Shown here one piece after another: positions 19,750-30,923 of a stretch of 64,000 nt of DNA; within the stretch, counting starts at the first letter, position 1; every line of letters begins with the position of its first letter. The notes below the pieces were generated by a model. The model was not told the DNA's origin and searched no databases. It saw nothing but the letters and a program-made list of their open reading frames with translations. The position numbers and the translations under genes are program-made. The stretch comes from an uncultured delta proteobacterium (GTDB lineage Bacteria > Myxococcota_A > Polyangia > Fen-1088): positions 512,001 to 576,000 of the forward strand of contig CAVTRY010000011.1 in the NCBI GenBank assembly GCA_963737265.1. The letters are read 5' to 3'.

Positions 19750-20355
19750 CTACTGAGCTACCGCGGTCGGATGCGAGCCTGCCTGGCCGAATTGACGGTC
19801 GAGCGCAAGGTTCAATTCGAGCACGTTGACCGTCGCCTCCCCGAGGAAGCCAAGATCGCGGCCGGAGACAGATTCTTCGACGGTCGCTCTGATGCGCGCC
19901 GGGCTCACGCCGCGCGCCCGCGCAACACGCGGCACCTGCCACATCGCGACGCTAGGGCTGATGTGTGGATCGAGCCCGCTGCCCGACGCGGTGACGAGAT
20001 CCGCGGGAACCCTTCCGGGAGCTTCGGGGTTCTCTTTTTGCAGACGGGCCAAGTCGGCCTTCACCCGGTCTTGCAGCTTCGCCGAGGTCGGGCCGAAATT
20101 CGATCCGCCCGACGCCAAGGGGTCGTAGCCGTTGCCGGCGGCGGATGGCCGTGGCTGAAAGTAGGCTGGATTCGTGAAGGTTTGACCAAGTAGGCGCGAA
20201 CCCACGACCTTTCCGCTCTCGTCGCGGACCAGGCTGCCATTGGCTGCGCTCGGGAAAAGCACCTGGGCTAAGGCCGTCATTCCCAGGGGATAGAGAATGC
20301 CCGTCAATACGATCGTAACCAGGCTGACCCGCAGAGCGACAATGAATGTCTTCAT
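19750..20355 (-). CDS. kdpC: K+-transporting ATPase subunit C
   Basis: ANGSL, YFQPRPSA, SGGSN.GP, VTASGSGLDPHIS, VNVLELNLALD. Confidence 0.96.
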   Translation of the reverse strand: MKTFIVALRVSLVTIVLTGILYPLGMTALAQVLFPSAANGSLVRDESGKVVGSRLLGQTFTNPAYFQPRPSAAGNGYDPLASGGSNFGPTSAKLQDRVKADLARLQKENPEAPGRVPADLVTASGSGLDPHISPSVAMWQVPRVARARGVSPARIRATVEESVSGRDLGFLGEATVNVLELNLALDRQFGQAGSHPTAVAQ

Positions 20356-20365
20356 GATTGACTCC

Positions 20366-22420
20366 TCAGACAAGATGAAGCGCCTTGAGGGCGACATCGA
20401 CAATTTTGATACCAACGAAGGGAGCGATGATTCCGCCCAATCCATAAATGAGCATGGAACGACGGAAGAGCGCCGCCGCGCCGAGCGGCCGGTATTTCAC
20501 GCCCCGGAGTGCGAGCGGAATTAGCAATACGATAATAATGGCATTGAAAATGACGGCAGACAGAATCGCACTTGACGGTGAAGCAAGGCCCATGACGTTG
20601 AGAGGCGCGATCTCCGGGAACGCGCTCATGAACATGGCTGGAAGAATGGCGAAGTATTTGGCGACGTCATTGGCAATAGAGAAGGTCGTCAGCGCGCCAC
20701 GGGTCATCAATAGCTGCTTCCCGACTTCAACCACCTCCAACAGCTTGGTGGGATTCGAGTCGAGATCGATCATGTTGCCGGCCTCTTTCGCGGCCTGCGT
20801 CCCACTGTTCATGGCCACACCGACATCGGCTTGAGCCAGCGCAGGAGCGTCGTTGGTGCCATCGCCAGTCATGGCCACCAGCTTGCCCTTCGCCTGCTCG
20901 GTCTTGATGAGGCGCATCTTGGCTTCCGGCGTGGCTTCGGCGAGGAAGTCGTCGACGCCAGCTTCGCGCGCGATGGCCGCCGCCGTGCGCGGATTGTCGC
21001 CGGTAATCATGATGGTGCGAATGCCCATGGCGCGGAAGCGATCGAAACGCTCCTTGATGCCGCCTTTGACGACGTCGTTGAGCCGCACCACCCCGAGCAC
21101 GTTCTTGCCCTCGGCCACCGCGAGCGGCGTGGCGCCCTGATCCGCGATCTTCTGCGCCACTTCCGTCAGCGCCGCCGGTACCTCGCCGCCCATGGATTCC
21201 ACCCACGATTTGATGGCGTCCACCGCGCCCTTGCGAATCTTGCGGCCGTCGAGGTCGCAGCCACTCATGCGCGTGAGCGCCGTGAACTTCACGAATTGCG
21301 CCCCCAGCTTTTCCACGTCGCGCCCGCGCAGATTGAACTTCTCCTTCGCCAGCACCACGATGGAGCGTCCTTCGGGGGTCTCGTCGGCAAGACTGGCCAA
21401 CTGGGCGGCATCCGCCAGCGCCTCCACCGCTCCGCCGCCCACCGGAATGAATTCCGTTGCCATGCGGTTGCCGAGCGTGATGGTACCGGTCTTGTCCAGC
21501 AGCAAAGTGTCCACGTCTCCGGCGGCCTCGATGGCACGGCCGCTCATGGCGATGACGTTCTTGCGAATCAAGCGGTCCATGCCGGCGATGCCGATGGCGG
21601 ACAACAAGCCACCGATGGTGGTGGGAATGAGACAGACCAATAGTGCGACGATGACGGTCGCGGAAAGGTGGATGGACGAATACGCCGCCAGGGGTACGAG
21701 CGTCACGCAGGCAAGCAAGAAGACGATGGTCATTCCCACCAGCAGGATGTGCAGCGCAATCTCATTGGGTGTCTTCTGCCGGGTCGCCCCTTCCACGAGA
21801 GCGATCATGCGATCGAGAAAGGTATGCCCGGGGTCGGACGTGATCTTGATGACGATATGGTCCGACAGCACGCGCGTGCCGCCCGTCACCGCCGACCGGT
21901 CGCCGCCGCTTTCGCGGATGACCGGCGCGGACTCGCCAGTGATGGCCGACTCGTCCACCGAGGCAACGCCGGCGATAACCTCGCCGTCGCCCGGAATAAG
22001 CTCGCCAGCGTCAACCACGACCAAGTCGCCGGTACGCAAGGTGTCCGCGCCGACCACCTCTTCCGGTCCGTTGCGTGTCTTGAGCCGACGGGCGGAGGTT
22101 TGCGTGCGCATCTTGCGCAAGCTCGCGGCCTGCGCCTTGCCCCGTCCTTCGGCCACGGCCTCGGCCAGGTTGGCGAACACCACCGTAAACCACAGCCAAA
22201 GGGAAATGCTGATGGTAAACCAAAGCGGTGCCGACTGCGCGGTCGGCGCAATCGCATCGCGCAGGGCCACCAAGGTGGTGAGGACGCTGCCGATCTCGAC
22301 CACGAACATGACGGGATTGCGGATGACCTTGGTGGGAGAGAGTTTGCGCACGCTCTCCCACGCGGCCTCCTTGAGGATTTTGCTATCGAACAGGGCGACG
22401 GCTTGGGCTTGCGAACGCAT
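20366..22420 (-). CDS. kdpB: K+-transporting ATPase subunit B
   Basis: [33 protein letters not shown]. Confidence 0.97.
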   Translation of the reverse strand: MRSQAQAVALFDSKILKEAAWESVRKLSPTKVIRNPVMFVVEIGSVLTTLVALRDAIAPTAQSAPLWFTISISLWLWFTVVFANLAEAVAEGRGKAQAASLRKMRTQTSARRLKTRNGPEEVVGADTLRTGDLVVVDAGELIPGDGEVIAGVASVDESAITGESAPVIRESGGDRSAVTGGTRVLSDHIVIKITSDPGHTFLDRMIALVEGATRQKTPNEIALHILLVGMTIVFLLACVTLVPLAAYSSIHLSATVIVALLVCLIPTTIGGLLSAIGIAGMDRLIRKNVIAMSGRAIEAAGDVDTLLLDKTGTITLGNRMATEFIPVGGGAVEALADAAQLASLADETPEGRSIVVLAKEKFNLRGRDVEKLGAQFVKFTALTRMSGCDLDGRKIRKGAVDAIKSWVESMGGEVPAALTEVAQKIADQGATPLAVAEGKNVLGVVRLNDVVKGGIKERFDRFRAMGIRTIMITGDNPRTAAAIAREAGVDDFLAEATPEAKMRLIKTEQAKGKLVAMTGDGTNDAPALAQADVGVAMNSGTQAAKEAGNMIDLDSNPTKLLEVVEVGKQLLMTRGALTTFSIANDVAKYFAILPAMFMSAFPEIAPLNVMGLASPSSAILSAVIFNAIIIVLLIPLALRGVKYRPLGAAALFRRSMLIYGLGGIIAPFVGIKIVDVALKALHLV

Positions 22421-24147
22421 TAGAATACCTTTCCGGCCAGTGCGACGAAGTGCTCGGCGACTGGACCAAGCGACAGTGCGGGGAAGAAGGTCAGCGCGCC
22501 GACAATGAGGATGACCGACACGAGCAGACCCGAAAACAGAACACCGTGGGTGGGAAAGGTTCCGGGACCGGCCGGTACGGTTCGTTTACCACGCATGGAG
22601 CCGGCGATGGCCATCACAGGAATCATCATGAAGAAGCGGCCAAACAGCATGGACAGGCCGAGTGTTGTATTCCACCACGGCGTGTTGGCATTGAGTCCGG
22701 CGAAGGCCGAGCCGTTATTGCCAGTGGCGCTGGCGTAGGCGTAGAGAATTTCGGACAACCCGTGCGGCCCCGCATTGTTGAGCGACGAGGTACCATAACC
22801 TGCAACCGAGGACCACGCCGAGAAGCCCAAGATGATAAGTGGAAAAATGAGGATGTAGAGCATGGCCAGCTTCATTTCCTTGCCTTCGATCTTCTTGCCC
22901 AAATACTCGGGCGTGCGGCCCACCATCAAGCCGGCAATGAACACCGACATCAGCACGAACATCAACATGCCGAACAGGCCAGCACCCACGCCGCCGAAGA
23001 CAACCTCGCCGAGCTTGATATTGATGAGCGGCACCATGCCGCCTAACGGATTGAAGCTGTCGTGCATGGAATTGACGGCCCCGCACGAGGTTCCGGTCGT
23101 GACCGTCGCCCACAAGACGGAGTTCGCCACGCCAAAGCGGGTTTCCTTTCCCTCCATGTTGCCGAGTCCGTGGTCCAGTTGGAACGCAGACAGAGCTGCA
23201 TTGGGCTGCGCTTCGGATGCATAGGCAGTGGTGATACCGGCGACCACTAGGACGGTCATGGCGGTGAGAATGGCCCAGCCTTGTTTCTGGTTTCCGGCCA
23301 TGCGGCCAAAGGTGTAGGTCAGCGCAGCGGGGATGCAGAGCAATAGCAGCATCTCGATAAAGTTGATGAGAGGTGTCGGGTTCTCGAAGGGATGCGCGCT
23401 GTTGGCATTGAAGAAGCCGCCGCCGTTGGTGCCGAGCTCCTTAATCACCTCCTGCGAGGCAACCGGGCCGAGCGGAATAACCTGCGCCGCTCCCTCCAGA
23501 GTCGTTACGTGATGGTATCCAGCGAAGGTCTGCACCACCCCTTGCGAGACCAGCAGTAGCGTGAAGATCACACTGATGGGGAGCAGCACGTACACGATGG
23601 AGCGAATCAGATCGACCGAGAAGTTTCCGACGGTCTGGTCGCCCTTTTCATCCGGCTTGCGGGTTAGCCCGCGCGCCAAGGCCAGCGCGACACCCAAACC
23701 AGCGGCGGCGGAGGTGAAGTTGTGCCAGGCCAGCCCCGCCATCTGGGTGAGATAGCTCATCGTCGTCTCGCCCGAGTAGGATTGCCAGTTGGTATTGGTA
23801 TTGAAGCTGACCGCCGTGTTAAAGGCGAGGTGCTCGGCCGGCGCCGCCAGCTTTTCGGGGTTGAAAGGCAGCACATGCTGCAAGCGCTGGATGAGATAGG
23901 TAACCAAGATGCCGATGACGCTGAATACAAGCAGCGCCGCCGTGTATTGCTTCCAGTTTTGCCCCGCAGGCTGTTTGAGGCCACTTAGACGTAGGAGAAA
24001 CCTCTCGCACGCGCCGAGGGTGCGGCGAAAAGGCTGCCGTTCACCTTCGAAGACGCTGTGAAGATAGATTCCGAGAGGTTTGGTGATGGCGAGAATCACC
24101 GCGAGAAAGAATGCAATCTGAAGCCAACCGTTCGCTGTCATGGACAT
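22420..24147 (-). CDS. kdpA: K+-transporting ATPase subunit A
   Basis: [43 protein letters not shown]. Confidence 0.97.
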   Translation of the reverse strand: MSMTANGWLQIAFFLAVILAITKPLGIYLHSVFEGERQPFRRTLGACERFLLRLSGLKQPAGQNWKQYTAALLVFSVIGILVTYLIQRLQHVLPFNPEKLAAPAEHLAFNTAVSFNTNTNWQSYSGETTMSYLTQMAGLAWHNFTSAAAGLGVALALARGLTRKPDEKGDQTVGNFSVDLIRSIVYVLLPISVIFTLLLVSQGVVQTFAGYHHVTTLEGAAQVIPLGPVASQEVIKELGTNGGGFFNANSAHPFENPTPLINFIEMLLLLCIPAALTYTFGRMAGNQKQGWAILTAMTVLVVAGITTAYASEAQPNAALSAFQLDHGLGNMEGKETRFGVANSVLWATVTTGTSCGAVNSMHDSFNPLGGMVPLINIKLGEVVFGGVGAGLFGMLMFVLMSVFIAGLMVGRTPEYLGKKIEGKEMKLAMLYILIFPLIILGFSAWSSVAGYGTSSLNNAGPHGLSEILYAYASATGNNGSAFAGLNANTPWWNTTLGLSMLFGRFFMMIPVMAIAGSMRGKRTVPAGPGTFPTHGVLFSGLLVSVILIVGALTFFPALSLGPVAEHFVALAGKVF

Positions 24148-24156
24148 TGGACAACC

Positions 24157-24246
24157 TCAAAAACGCTCTGGTTTAACCAGGGCGTAGACCAGGTACGCGG
24201 CGAGCGCCGCCGCAAGGATCGCGCCCAGTGCATAGTCGAGACTCAT
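24157..24246 (-). CDS. kdpF: K+-transporting ATPase subunit F
   Basis: MSLDYALGAILAAALAAYLVYALVKPERF, with AGGAG RBS upstream. Confidence 0.92.
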   Translation of the reverse strand: MSLDYALGAILAAALAAYLVYALVKPERF

Positions 24247-24260
24247 GGTGGTTCTCCTTG

Positions 24261-24344
24261 TTAGAGTCGTTCGCAGGCCTTGGTGTAAAGCCAAGACACA
24301 GCAAAGAAGCCGACCGTGATGAAGCAGAAAAGTAGATCTTTCAT
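24261..24344 (-). CDS. 27-aa single-TM peptide upstream of kdpF
   Basis: MKDLLFCFITVGFFAVSWLYTKACERL*. Lies between the sigma-54 promoter and kdpF. Confidence 0.7.
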   Translation of the reverse strand: MKDLLFCFITVGFFAVSWLYTKACERL

Positions 24345-24365
24345 GGCGTCTGAACAGCTTCGTAG

Positions 24366-24381
24366 AGCATGGGCTGTGCCA
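24366..24381 (-). promoter_or_regulatory. Sigma-54 (-24/-12) promoter of the kdp operon
   Basis: Minus strand reads TGGCACAGCCCATGCT (GG-N10-GC), about 22 nt upstream of the peptide ATG. Confidence 0.65.
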
Positions 24382-24593
24382 GAAGGCGCCCAAGAGTCGA
24401 CGCGGAAGTTCCGGCACGAACCCGAACGTCGGGTTGCAAAGAGAAACAATGAGCACACTGAAGGTTGTAAAATGCAGGCTCGCCGGTCGCGGCGCGGCAG
24501 GAGAACAATGGTAATTCCCCCTAAGATACGAGTCCTCCGATGCGTGCCCTTGGCCCCTCGCTTGCTACACCCGATGCCTAGGATGCCCGAAAC

Positions 24594-25757
24594 ATGACCA
24601 CTCCCCCCCCGCGGCCTCGCGCCGAGGACTTTCTTGAGCTGGTTCAGAAAAGCAAGCGCGGGCGACTGAAGCTCTATATCGGCTTTGCCGCGGGCGTGGG
24701 CAAAACGTACAGAATGCTCGAAGAGGCGCACGCCCTCAAGCAGCGTGGGGTGGATGTTGTGATCGGGTTCATCGAAACCCATGGACGCGCCGAAACCGCG
24801 GCTCTGGTCGATGGGCTTGAAAGCGTGCCCCTGCGTCAGGTCGAATACCGCGGTGTCGTGATCGAGGAAATGAACCTGAACCAGATCCTCAAACGCAACC
24901 CCGCGGTCGCCCTCGTCGACGAGCTGGCGCACAGCAATCCGCCCGGCAGCCGCAACAAACGCCGCTACCTCGATGTTCTAGAATTGCTCAACGCTGGCAT
25001 CAACGTCATCGGGGCGTTCAATGTCCAACACCTGGAGAGCCTCAACGACCTGGTCGAACGGGTGACTGGCGTGGTGGTGCGCGAGACCGTCCCGGACAGT
25101 TTTCTCAAGCAAGCCGATCAGGTGGTCAACCTCGACCTCACCGTCGAGGATCTGCAAGAACGGTTGCGGGCAGGGAAAATCTATCCTTTGGACCGCATTC
25201 CCTGGGCGCTCGAGCATTTCTTTCAAGAAAACAACCTCGCGCATTTGCGCGAGCTCGCCCTGCGCGAAGTGGCGGAGAGCATCGAACGCGCCACGATCAC
25301 TCGCCCCATGGCGGCCGACGGCAGCGGCGCCGTGCCGGCGTCCACGCGCAGCCGCGTGATGGTTTGCGTGTCGTCGGGCTCGCCGCGCACGCCCATGCTG
25401 GTGCGGCGGGGCTCACGCATGGCGGGCCGATTCAACACCGACTGGTTCGTGGTCTTCGTCGAGACACCGGGGGAAGCGCCCGACCAGATCGACGCCGAAC
25501 TGCAGCGCCACTTGTTCGCCAACATCGAAAAGGCCAAGGAGCTCGGCGCCGAAACCGTGCGCATCAAGAGCAAAGATCCCGTGGCGGGAATCCTCGACTT
25601 CGCCCAGTCGCACAACGTCGGACACATCGTGGTTGGGCGCTCGCAGCAGCCGTGGTGGAAACAGTTGCTCGGCCGCTCGGTACCGCTGCGGCTGGTACGC
25701 GAGGCCGCGCAGTTCGACCTTCACATCATTTCGCACGAAGACGAGGTGACCGGATGA
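24594..25757 (+). CDS. kdpD: KdpD N-terminal sensor domain + USP domain (no kinase)
   Basis: GRLKLYIGFAAGVGKTY, ETHGR, LVDELAH, NVQHLESLND, LRELALR, then a USP-like domain. Confidence 0.9.
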   Translation: MTTPPPRPRAEDFLELVQKSKRGRLKLYIGFAAGVGKTYRMLEEAHALKQRGVDVVIGFIETHGRAETAALVDGLESVPLRQVEYRGVVIEEMNLNQILKRNPAVALVDELAHSNPPGSRNKRRYLDVLELLNAGINVIGAFNVQHLESLNDLVERVTGVVVRETVPDSFLKQADQVVNLDLTVEDLQERLRAGKIYPLDRIPWALEHFFQENNLAHLRELALREVAESIERATITRPMAADGSGAVPASTRSRVMVCVSSGSPRTPMLVRRGSRMAGRFNTDWFVVFVETPGEAPDQIDAELQRHLFANIEKAKELGAETVRIKSKDPVAGILDFAQSHNVGHIVVGRSQQPWWKQLLGRSVPLRLVREAAQFDLHIISHEDEVTG

Positions 25758-27610
25758 CCTTCAAGAGCAAGCTCATGCTCACCATGGCGCCGCTGGTCCT
25801 GGCACTAGCCGCGGTCGGCATCGTCTCGGGCATGGTCGCCAGCATTCTTGCCCGTCAACCGGCACACATTTGGAAGGATAACTACCGCAGCGTTCTGGCG
25901 GGCCAGCGCATGAAGGAGATTATCGAGCGCATCGACGAGTCCGCTCTTCTCAAGCTCTTGCGGCCCGAACAAGCCGTGCTGCCCATGCTCAACTATCACG
26001 ACCAGTTCGACCGCGAGCTTGCCGCCGAGGCGGGCAACATCACCGAAATAGGAGAGGACGAAGCCGTGGCCAAGCTCCGCGCCAGTTGGGCGGAGTACCA
26101 ACGGGTTCTGGCGCAATTTCATGCGGAGCCGGACACTGCCAATCGTCGCGCGATCTGTTTCGGTCCGCTGCACGCTGCCTTCACCAAGGTCAAACACGCG
26201 GCCGACGAGATCCTCGACATCAACCAAGATGCGATGGTGCGCAAGGGCCAGCGGACCGAGCGACGTGCCGCCCGCTTCGAACATGTGCTCACCGTGGCTG
26301 TTCTGGTGGCTTCGGTGCTCGGCCTTTTGGCATCGGTCAGCCTTACCACCCGGTTGCTGCGTCCGCTCGGCGTCGTGTCGGCGGCGGTGCGACGTTTCGG
26401 GCAAGGCGACACGCAGGCGCGCGCACGTGTGCAAGGCGAAGACGATATCGCCCAGCTCGCACAGGAATTCAATACCATGGCGGATCACCTGGAACGCTAT
26501 CGCAAAAGCTCGCTCGGCGAGCTGTTGCAAGCGCAGCAGGCGTCGCAGGCCGCCATCGATAGCCTGCCCGATCCAGTGCTGATGTTGGATGCGATGGGAA
26601 ACCTGCAAGGCACCAACCAGGCGTCCAGACAGTGGTTGAACATCGACCCCGAGGAATCCGGCAGCGGCTCGCTCGACCATGCGGATCCCGGCGTGCGCTC
26701 GCTGCTGGATCGACTACGCGCCCACGTCGTGGGTGGCCGCGGCGCCTACAGTCCCAAGGGTTTCGAGGACGCTCTGCGGGTGACCACTCCCGAGGGCGAG
26801 CGCATCTATCTTCCCCGCGCCACGCCCATTTACGGCGAGAATGGCAGCGTCACGGGCACCGCCCTGGTTCTGCAGGACATCACCCGCCTGTTTCGCTTCG
26901 ACGAGCTCAAGAACAATTTGGTCGCCACCGTGGCGCATGAATTCCGCACTCCGCTGACGTCGTTGCGCATGGCCATTCACCTGTGCACCGACGAGACCGT
27001 GGGCCCACTCACCACCAAGCAGGCGGATCTGCTGTTCGCGGCCCGCGACGACTGCGAACGGTTGCAGGGTATCGTCGATGACCTGCTCAATCTGTCGCGC
27101 CTCGAATCGGGACGCATCGATCTGCAGAAGCGCAGGGTCGAGCCCAAGTCGCTGGTCGACCTGGCCGTCGACGTGCACAGCGCCGCCGCCGCAAACAAAC
27201 AGATCGCGCTCCGCTCCGAAATCTATCCCGGCTTGGCCGAGACCTTCGCCGATTCGGATCGCCTGCAATTGGTATTCACCAATCTCATCACCAACGCGCT
27301 TCGCTATTCGCCGGCTGGAAGCGAAATCGTGGTGCGCGCCGTGGCCGAGACCGACGGCTCCCCGGCGGACGGCTTCGTTCGTTTCGAGGTTGTCGACCAC
27401 GGACCGGGCATACCCGCCGAACACCAGGAGTCCCTGTTCGAAAAATTCTTTCGTGTCCCCGGCAGCCCCGCCGGCGGCGCCGGGCTTGGCCTTTTCATCG
27501 CACGCGGGATCGTGCAGGCGCACGGTGGTCGCATCGGCATCACCAGCGAACCCGAACGAGGCGCGACCTTCTGGTTCACGATTCCGACGGCGCCCGACCG
27601 GCCGGCCTAG
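25754..27610 (+). CDS. Membrane sensor histidine kinase (4HB periplasmic, HAMP, PAS, HisKA, HATPase; KinB-like)
   Basis: ATGA overlap with kdpD-N. DNYRSV, HAMP, AHEFRTPL, NALRY, DHGPG, GLGL. Confidence 0.9.
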   Translation: MTFKSKLMLTMAPLVLALAAVGIVSGMVASILARQPAHIWKDNYRSVLAGQRMKEIIERIDESALLKLLRPEQAVLPMLNYHDQFDRELAAEAGNITEIGEDEAVAKLRASWAEYQRVLAQFHAEPDTANRRAICFGPLHAAFTKVKHAADEILDINQDAMVRKGQRTERRAARFEHVLTVAVLVASVLGLLASVSLTTRLLRPLGVVSAAVRRFGQGDTQARARVQGEDDIAQLAQEFNTMADHLERYRKSSLGELLQAQQASQAAIDSLPDPVLMLDAMGNLQGTNQASRQWLNIDPEESGSGSLDHADPGVRSLLDRLRAHVVGGRGAYSPKGFEDALRVTTPEGERIYLPRATPIYGENGSVTGTALVLQDITRLFRFDELKNNLVATVAHEFRTPLTSLRMAIHLCTDETVGPLTTKQADLLFAARDDCERLQGIVDDLLNLSRLESGRIDLQKRRVEPKSLVDLAVDVHSAAAANKQIALRSEIYPGLAETFADSDRLQLVFTNLITNALRYSPAGSEIVVRAVAETDGSPADGFVRFEVVDHGPGIPAEHQESLFEKFFRVPGSPAGGAGLGLFIARGIVQAHGGRIGITSEPERGATFWFTIPTAPDRPA

Positions 27611-27839
27611 CTAGGCTCACGGCTTGGCGCCCACACCCCCTGACGAGAGCGCACCTCCAGGCGCTCCCGTGCTGATGAGTCGGAGAAAACTCCAGCCGAA
27701 AGACCCCTGAATTTCTCGATTGTGGCGTAGATACGCGACCGCCGACGTGCAAAGTGCATTCTGGCCGGTTCGCAAGGCTTGCGGTTCGCGACAGGTGGCC
27801 CCGCCCATGCACGTAGCGTAGTTACAGCGAGGTTGTCAG

Positions 27840-28235
27840 ATGAAAAGCCTGGATGTTAACGATCGTCTCGACCAGTACCTCATTACCGACGTGTTGGCAG
27901 TGACCATCACCGCGACGGTGTTCAAGGGACGCGACTCGGAGACCGGTCGCTTCGTGTGCATCAAGGTCCAGAACCTGCAGTGCGAGGGCGACCCCGCGTT
28001 TCGCGAGAGGTTCGCGCGCGAGGCGAGGATTCTCGGTCGGCTGGAGCACCCGAACATCGTCTGTACTGTCGAGCCGCGCGTCACGAGCTGCCTTTTCCTC
28101 GTAACCGAGCTCGTGGAAGGCCAGTCGCTCCGTGCCTTGCTTGCTGCGGGGCCATTGCGCGAGGAGCGGGCCGTGAGCATCGCCGTTCCACGCTACGTCG
28201 AATTGGGTACATCCCGGCCCATACCTGCGGCATAG
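27840..28235 (+). pseudogene. Truncated Ser/Thr kinase (N-lobe only)
   Basis: VFKGRD, VCIK, RFAREARILGRLEHPNIV, FLVTELVEG. Ends before the HRD/DFG motifs. Confidence 0.7.
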
Positions 28236-28284
28236 TGCCACCCGCCCGCCAATTCTGGCGGTCGATTAGCTCCGGAAAGACAAC

Positions 28285-29223
28285 ATGAGGACCAAGACCA
28301 GCGCCGAAAGTGTCCCTTGGCTGATTGCGGGGGTTGTGTTCCTCGCCCTGCTTCTCCTTGTCGTCTGGCATTTTCGCCAAGATGCGAGCCCCGCCCAGCA
28401 ACTCGCCGCCAAGGCCAGCCGGGTCGATCTCGTCGGACGAATGCAACTCGATCTCGCCTCGGCCGCGGAGTCGGAAAAGAGCGCCGTCCTCGCCATCACC
28501 GACGAGGATTCGCAAAAATTCGCCGACCAGGCCCGGGCGGCGGCGGCGGAGGTCGAGCGGGAACGACAGGAGCTCGCCGCTCTCCTCGCCACCGGAGGAA
28601 CCCAACCCGAACGAGATCTGCTGGCCCAATTTTCCCAGGCCTTCGCCAATCTTCAGCATGTCGACAGCGAGGTGCTGGCCCTGGCGGTGAAGAACACCAA
28701 CCTCAAGGCTTACAGTCTGCTCTTTGGCCCGGCCGCGGACACTCTGGCGGAGATGGATGCCGCGCTCGCCCGCGTCGTGGCGACTGTCGCCGACGCGGCG
28801 GACGCCAAGCGCGTAATGCTCATGGCCTTTGGCGCCCGCCTTGGGGTCCTGCGCATCCAGACCCTGCTTGCGCCGCATATCGCCGAGGAAAGCGATGCGA
28901 AGATGGATCAAATGGAAGCGTCGATGGCCAAGGAGGAGGCGAACATCCGCAAGGATCTCGATGGCCTCGCGGCGCTGCCCAAGCTCGCCAGGGACGCCGA
29001 CCTGGCGACGGCGGCGGCAAGCTTCGGCCGTTATACCGAGATCAAAGCCCGGATCCTGCCGCTCTCGCGCGAGAATACCAACGTCCGGTCGCTGTCCCTG
29101 TCGCTCAATCAGAAGCGCAAGGCGATGCTGGTCTGCTTGGGCGCGCTTGGCTCGCTAAAGCAAGCCATCCTCGACGAGCCGATCGCGGGCATCACCTACG
29201 GCCGGCCAGCCAGACCGCGGTAG
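28285..29223 (+). CDS. Membrane-anchored protein with two four-helix-bundle (MCP ligand-binding-like) repeats and no signalling domain
   Basis: Single N-terminal TM followed by an all-helical region with repeated L.LA..NTN motif (ALAVKNTN / PLSRENTN). Confidence 0.6.
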   Translation: MRTKTSAESVPWLIAGVVFLALLLLVVWHFRQDASPAQQLAAKASRVDLVGRMQLDLASAAESEKSAVLAITDEDSQKFADQARAAAAEVERERQELAALLATGGTQPERDLLAQFSQAFANLQHVDSEVLALAVKNTNLKAYSLLFGPAADTLAEMDAALARVVATVADAADAKRVMLMAFGARLGVLRIQTLLAPHIAEESDAKMDQMEASMAKEEANIRKDLDGLAALPKLARDADLATAAASFGRYTEIKARILPLSRENTNVRSLSLSLNQKRKAMLVCLGALGSLKQAILDEPIAGITYGRPARPR

Positions 29224-29366
29224 GCTGCGCGCACAATTGGCGATTTTTGCGGTGACTTTGTGCTTCATCGTGGAAGGTTTGGGACGTCCACCTACGTTGT
29301 CGGATGGACTCGTGTGTCTTTGAGCCAACCTTTTCCCCGAATGGTCCACCAATTGATGAGGTTCCG

Positions 29367-30707
29367 ATGAAGTGTTCGTTGTGCTGTCGTTCAAGTCTTT
29401 GGGCCGGCGCTGCATTGGCCACTCTGCTCGCGGCCAGTTGCACATCGAACACCGCCAGCATCACCGGTACCGGTGGCGCGACTGCATCAGGGGGAGGAAG
29501 CGGCGGCGGTGCTGGCGGGCAACTTCTCGGATCCGGTGGAGCGACTTCGTCTGGCGGAACCGCCGCGAGCACGAGAGGAGGCAATGGCAGCGGGGGAAAG
29601 AGTGGCACCGCGGGAGCGACGGGCAACGGCGGGGCGTCAGCCGCCGGGGGCATGACCGCCGCCGGGGGCGCGGCGGCTGCGAGCGGAGGAGCGGGCTTGG
29701 CCACTGGCGGCAAAGCCGGAACCGGCGGGGCCGGTCGCGGCGGCTCGACGGGTGCAGGCGGCATGATATCGGCTGGCGGCGCAACCGGCACCGGGAACGC
29801 TGGCGGTACGGGAACGACGTGTCCATTGCCGAAGACCTTCAAATGGACATCGACGGGCCCGCTCGCGACGCCACAGAACGGGTCGCTCGCGCTCAAGGAC
29901 TTCACCAACGTCGTCTACAATAGCCAGCACATCGTCTACTTCACGACGGTCGGTAGTTCAGGGAACTGGGGCGGCGGCATGGTGACTTTCGCCGATTGGC
30001 CTGACATGGCCACGGCCACCCAGCACGCGTTGCCCATGGGATCCGTTGCGCCGACCCTGATCTATTTCACCCCGAAGAGCACATGGGTGCTGACCTACCA
30101 GTGGGGCTTCCAGTACGCGACATCGTCCGACCCCACGGACCCGACGAAGTGGTCGGGCGGCAAGACGCTCCTCAACGGCGGCCCACCGACTGCCCTCGAC
30201 CAAACGTTCATCTGCGACGGCACGACCTGTTATCTATTCTTCGCCGGGGACAACGGCAGCATCTATCGGTCATCGATGCCAATCGGCAATTATCCGGGCA
30301 CCTTCAACGGCTACCAGACGGTCATGACCGACACCGCGGCCAACCTGTTCGAGGCGGTGGAGGTCTACACGGTGAAGGGGGCGAACCAGTATCTTTTGAT
30401 TATCGAGGCGGCGGGCAGTGCAGGAAGGTATTTCCGATCCTTTACCGCGACCGATCTCGCAGGTTCGTGGACTCCGCTGGCAGCGACCGAGAGCAATCCG
30501 TTCGCCGGCAAGGCCAATGTCACCTTCACCGGCGCGGCCTGGACCCATGACATCAGCCACGGGGACCTGGTTCGCAACAATCCCGACGAGACGCAGACTG
30601 TCGACCCGTGCAATTTGCAATTTCTCTATCAGGGGGACGCCCCCACGTCTGGTCTTCAATACTTCCAGGTCCCGTACCGCCCGGGCGTGCTCACGCTCGT
30701 TCAATAG
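29367..30707 (+). CDS. GH62 alpha-L-arabinofuranosidase lipoprotein with Gly-rich linker
   Basis: Lipobox LAASC. WTSTGPL, LKDFT, APTLIYF, YLFFAGDNG, LFEA, RYFRSFTA, SHGDLVR, DPCNLQFLYQG, YRPGVL. Confidence 0.9.
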   Translation: MKCSLCCRSSLWAGAALATLLAASCTSNTASITGTGGATASGGGSGGGAGGQLLGSGGATSSGGTAASTRGGNGSGGKSGTAGATGNGGASAAGGMTAAGGAAAASGGAGLATGGKAGTGGAGRGGSTGAGGMISAGGATGTGNAGGTGTTCPLPKTFKWTSTGPLATPQNGSLALKDFTNVVYNSQHIVYFTTVGSSGNWGGGMVTFADWPDMATATQHALPMGSVAPTLIYFTPKSTWVLTYQWGFQYATSSDPTDPTKWSGGKTLLNGGPPTALDQTFICDGTTCYLFFAGDNGSIYRSSMPIGNYPGTFNGYQTVMTDTAANLFEAVEVYTVKGANQYLLIIEAAGSAGRYFRSFTATDLAGSWTPLAATESNPFAGKANVTFTGAAWTHDISHGDLVRNNPDETQTVDPCNLQFLYQGDAPTSGLQYFQVPYRPGVLTLVQ

Positions 30708-30923
30708 TGGGTCCTGGCCACCGAGGAATGGAGGAGCTAGATGAACCGTTGGATCCACGCCCCAGCCCGGCGCCTTGCGCACAGACTCCAAAGAAAGGAC
30801 CCTGGGAGGGTTCTTTCAAACTCCCGCAGTAAGTGCAGTCGGGCGAGGCCCGCCTGCACTCGCGCGCTCTGCGACGGCAGCACCACCCCGTCGGCGGTCA
30901 TCTCGGCCTTGCCACGGATTCGG

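Noticed and set aside
28256-28271. Sigma-54 site TGGCGGTCGATTAGCT before the 4HB gene
   Set aside because: Only GG-N10-GC matches, it lies very close to the ATG, and such matches arise easily by chance.
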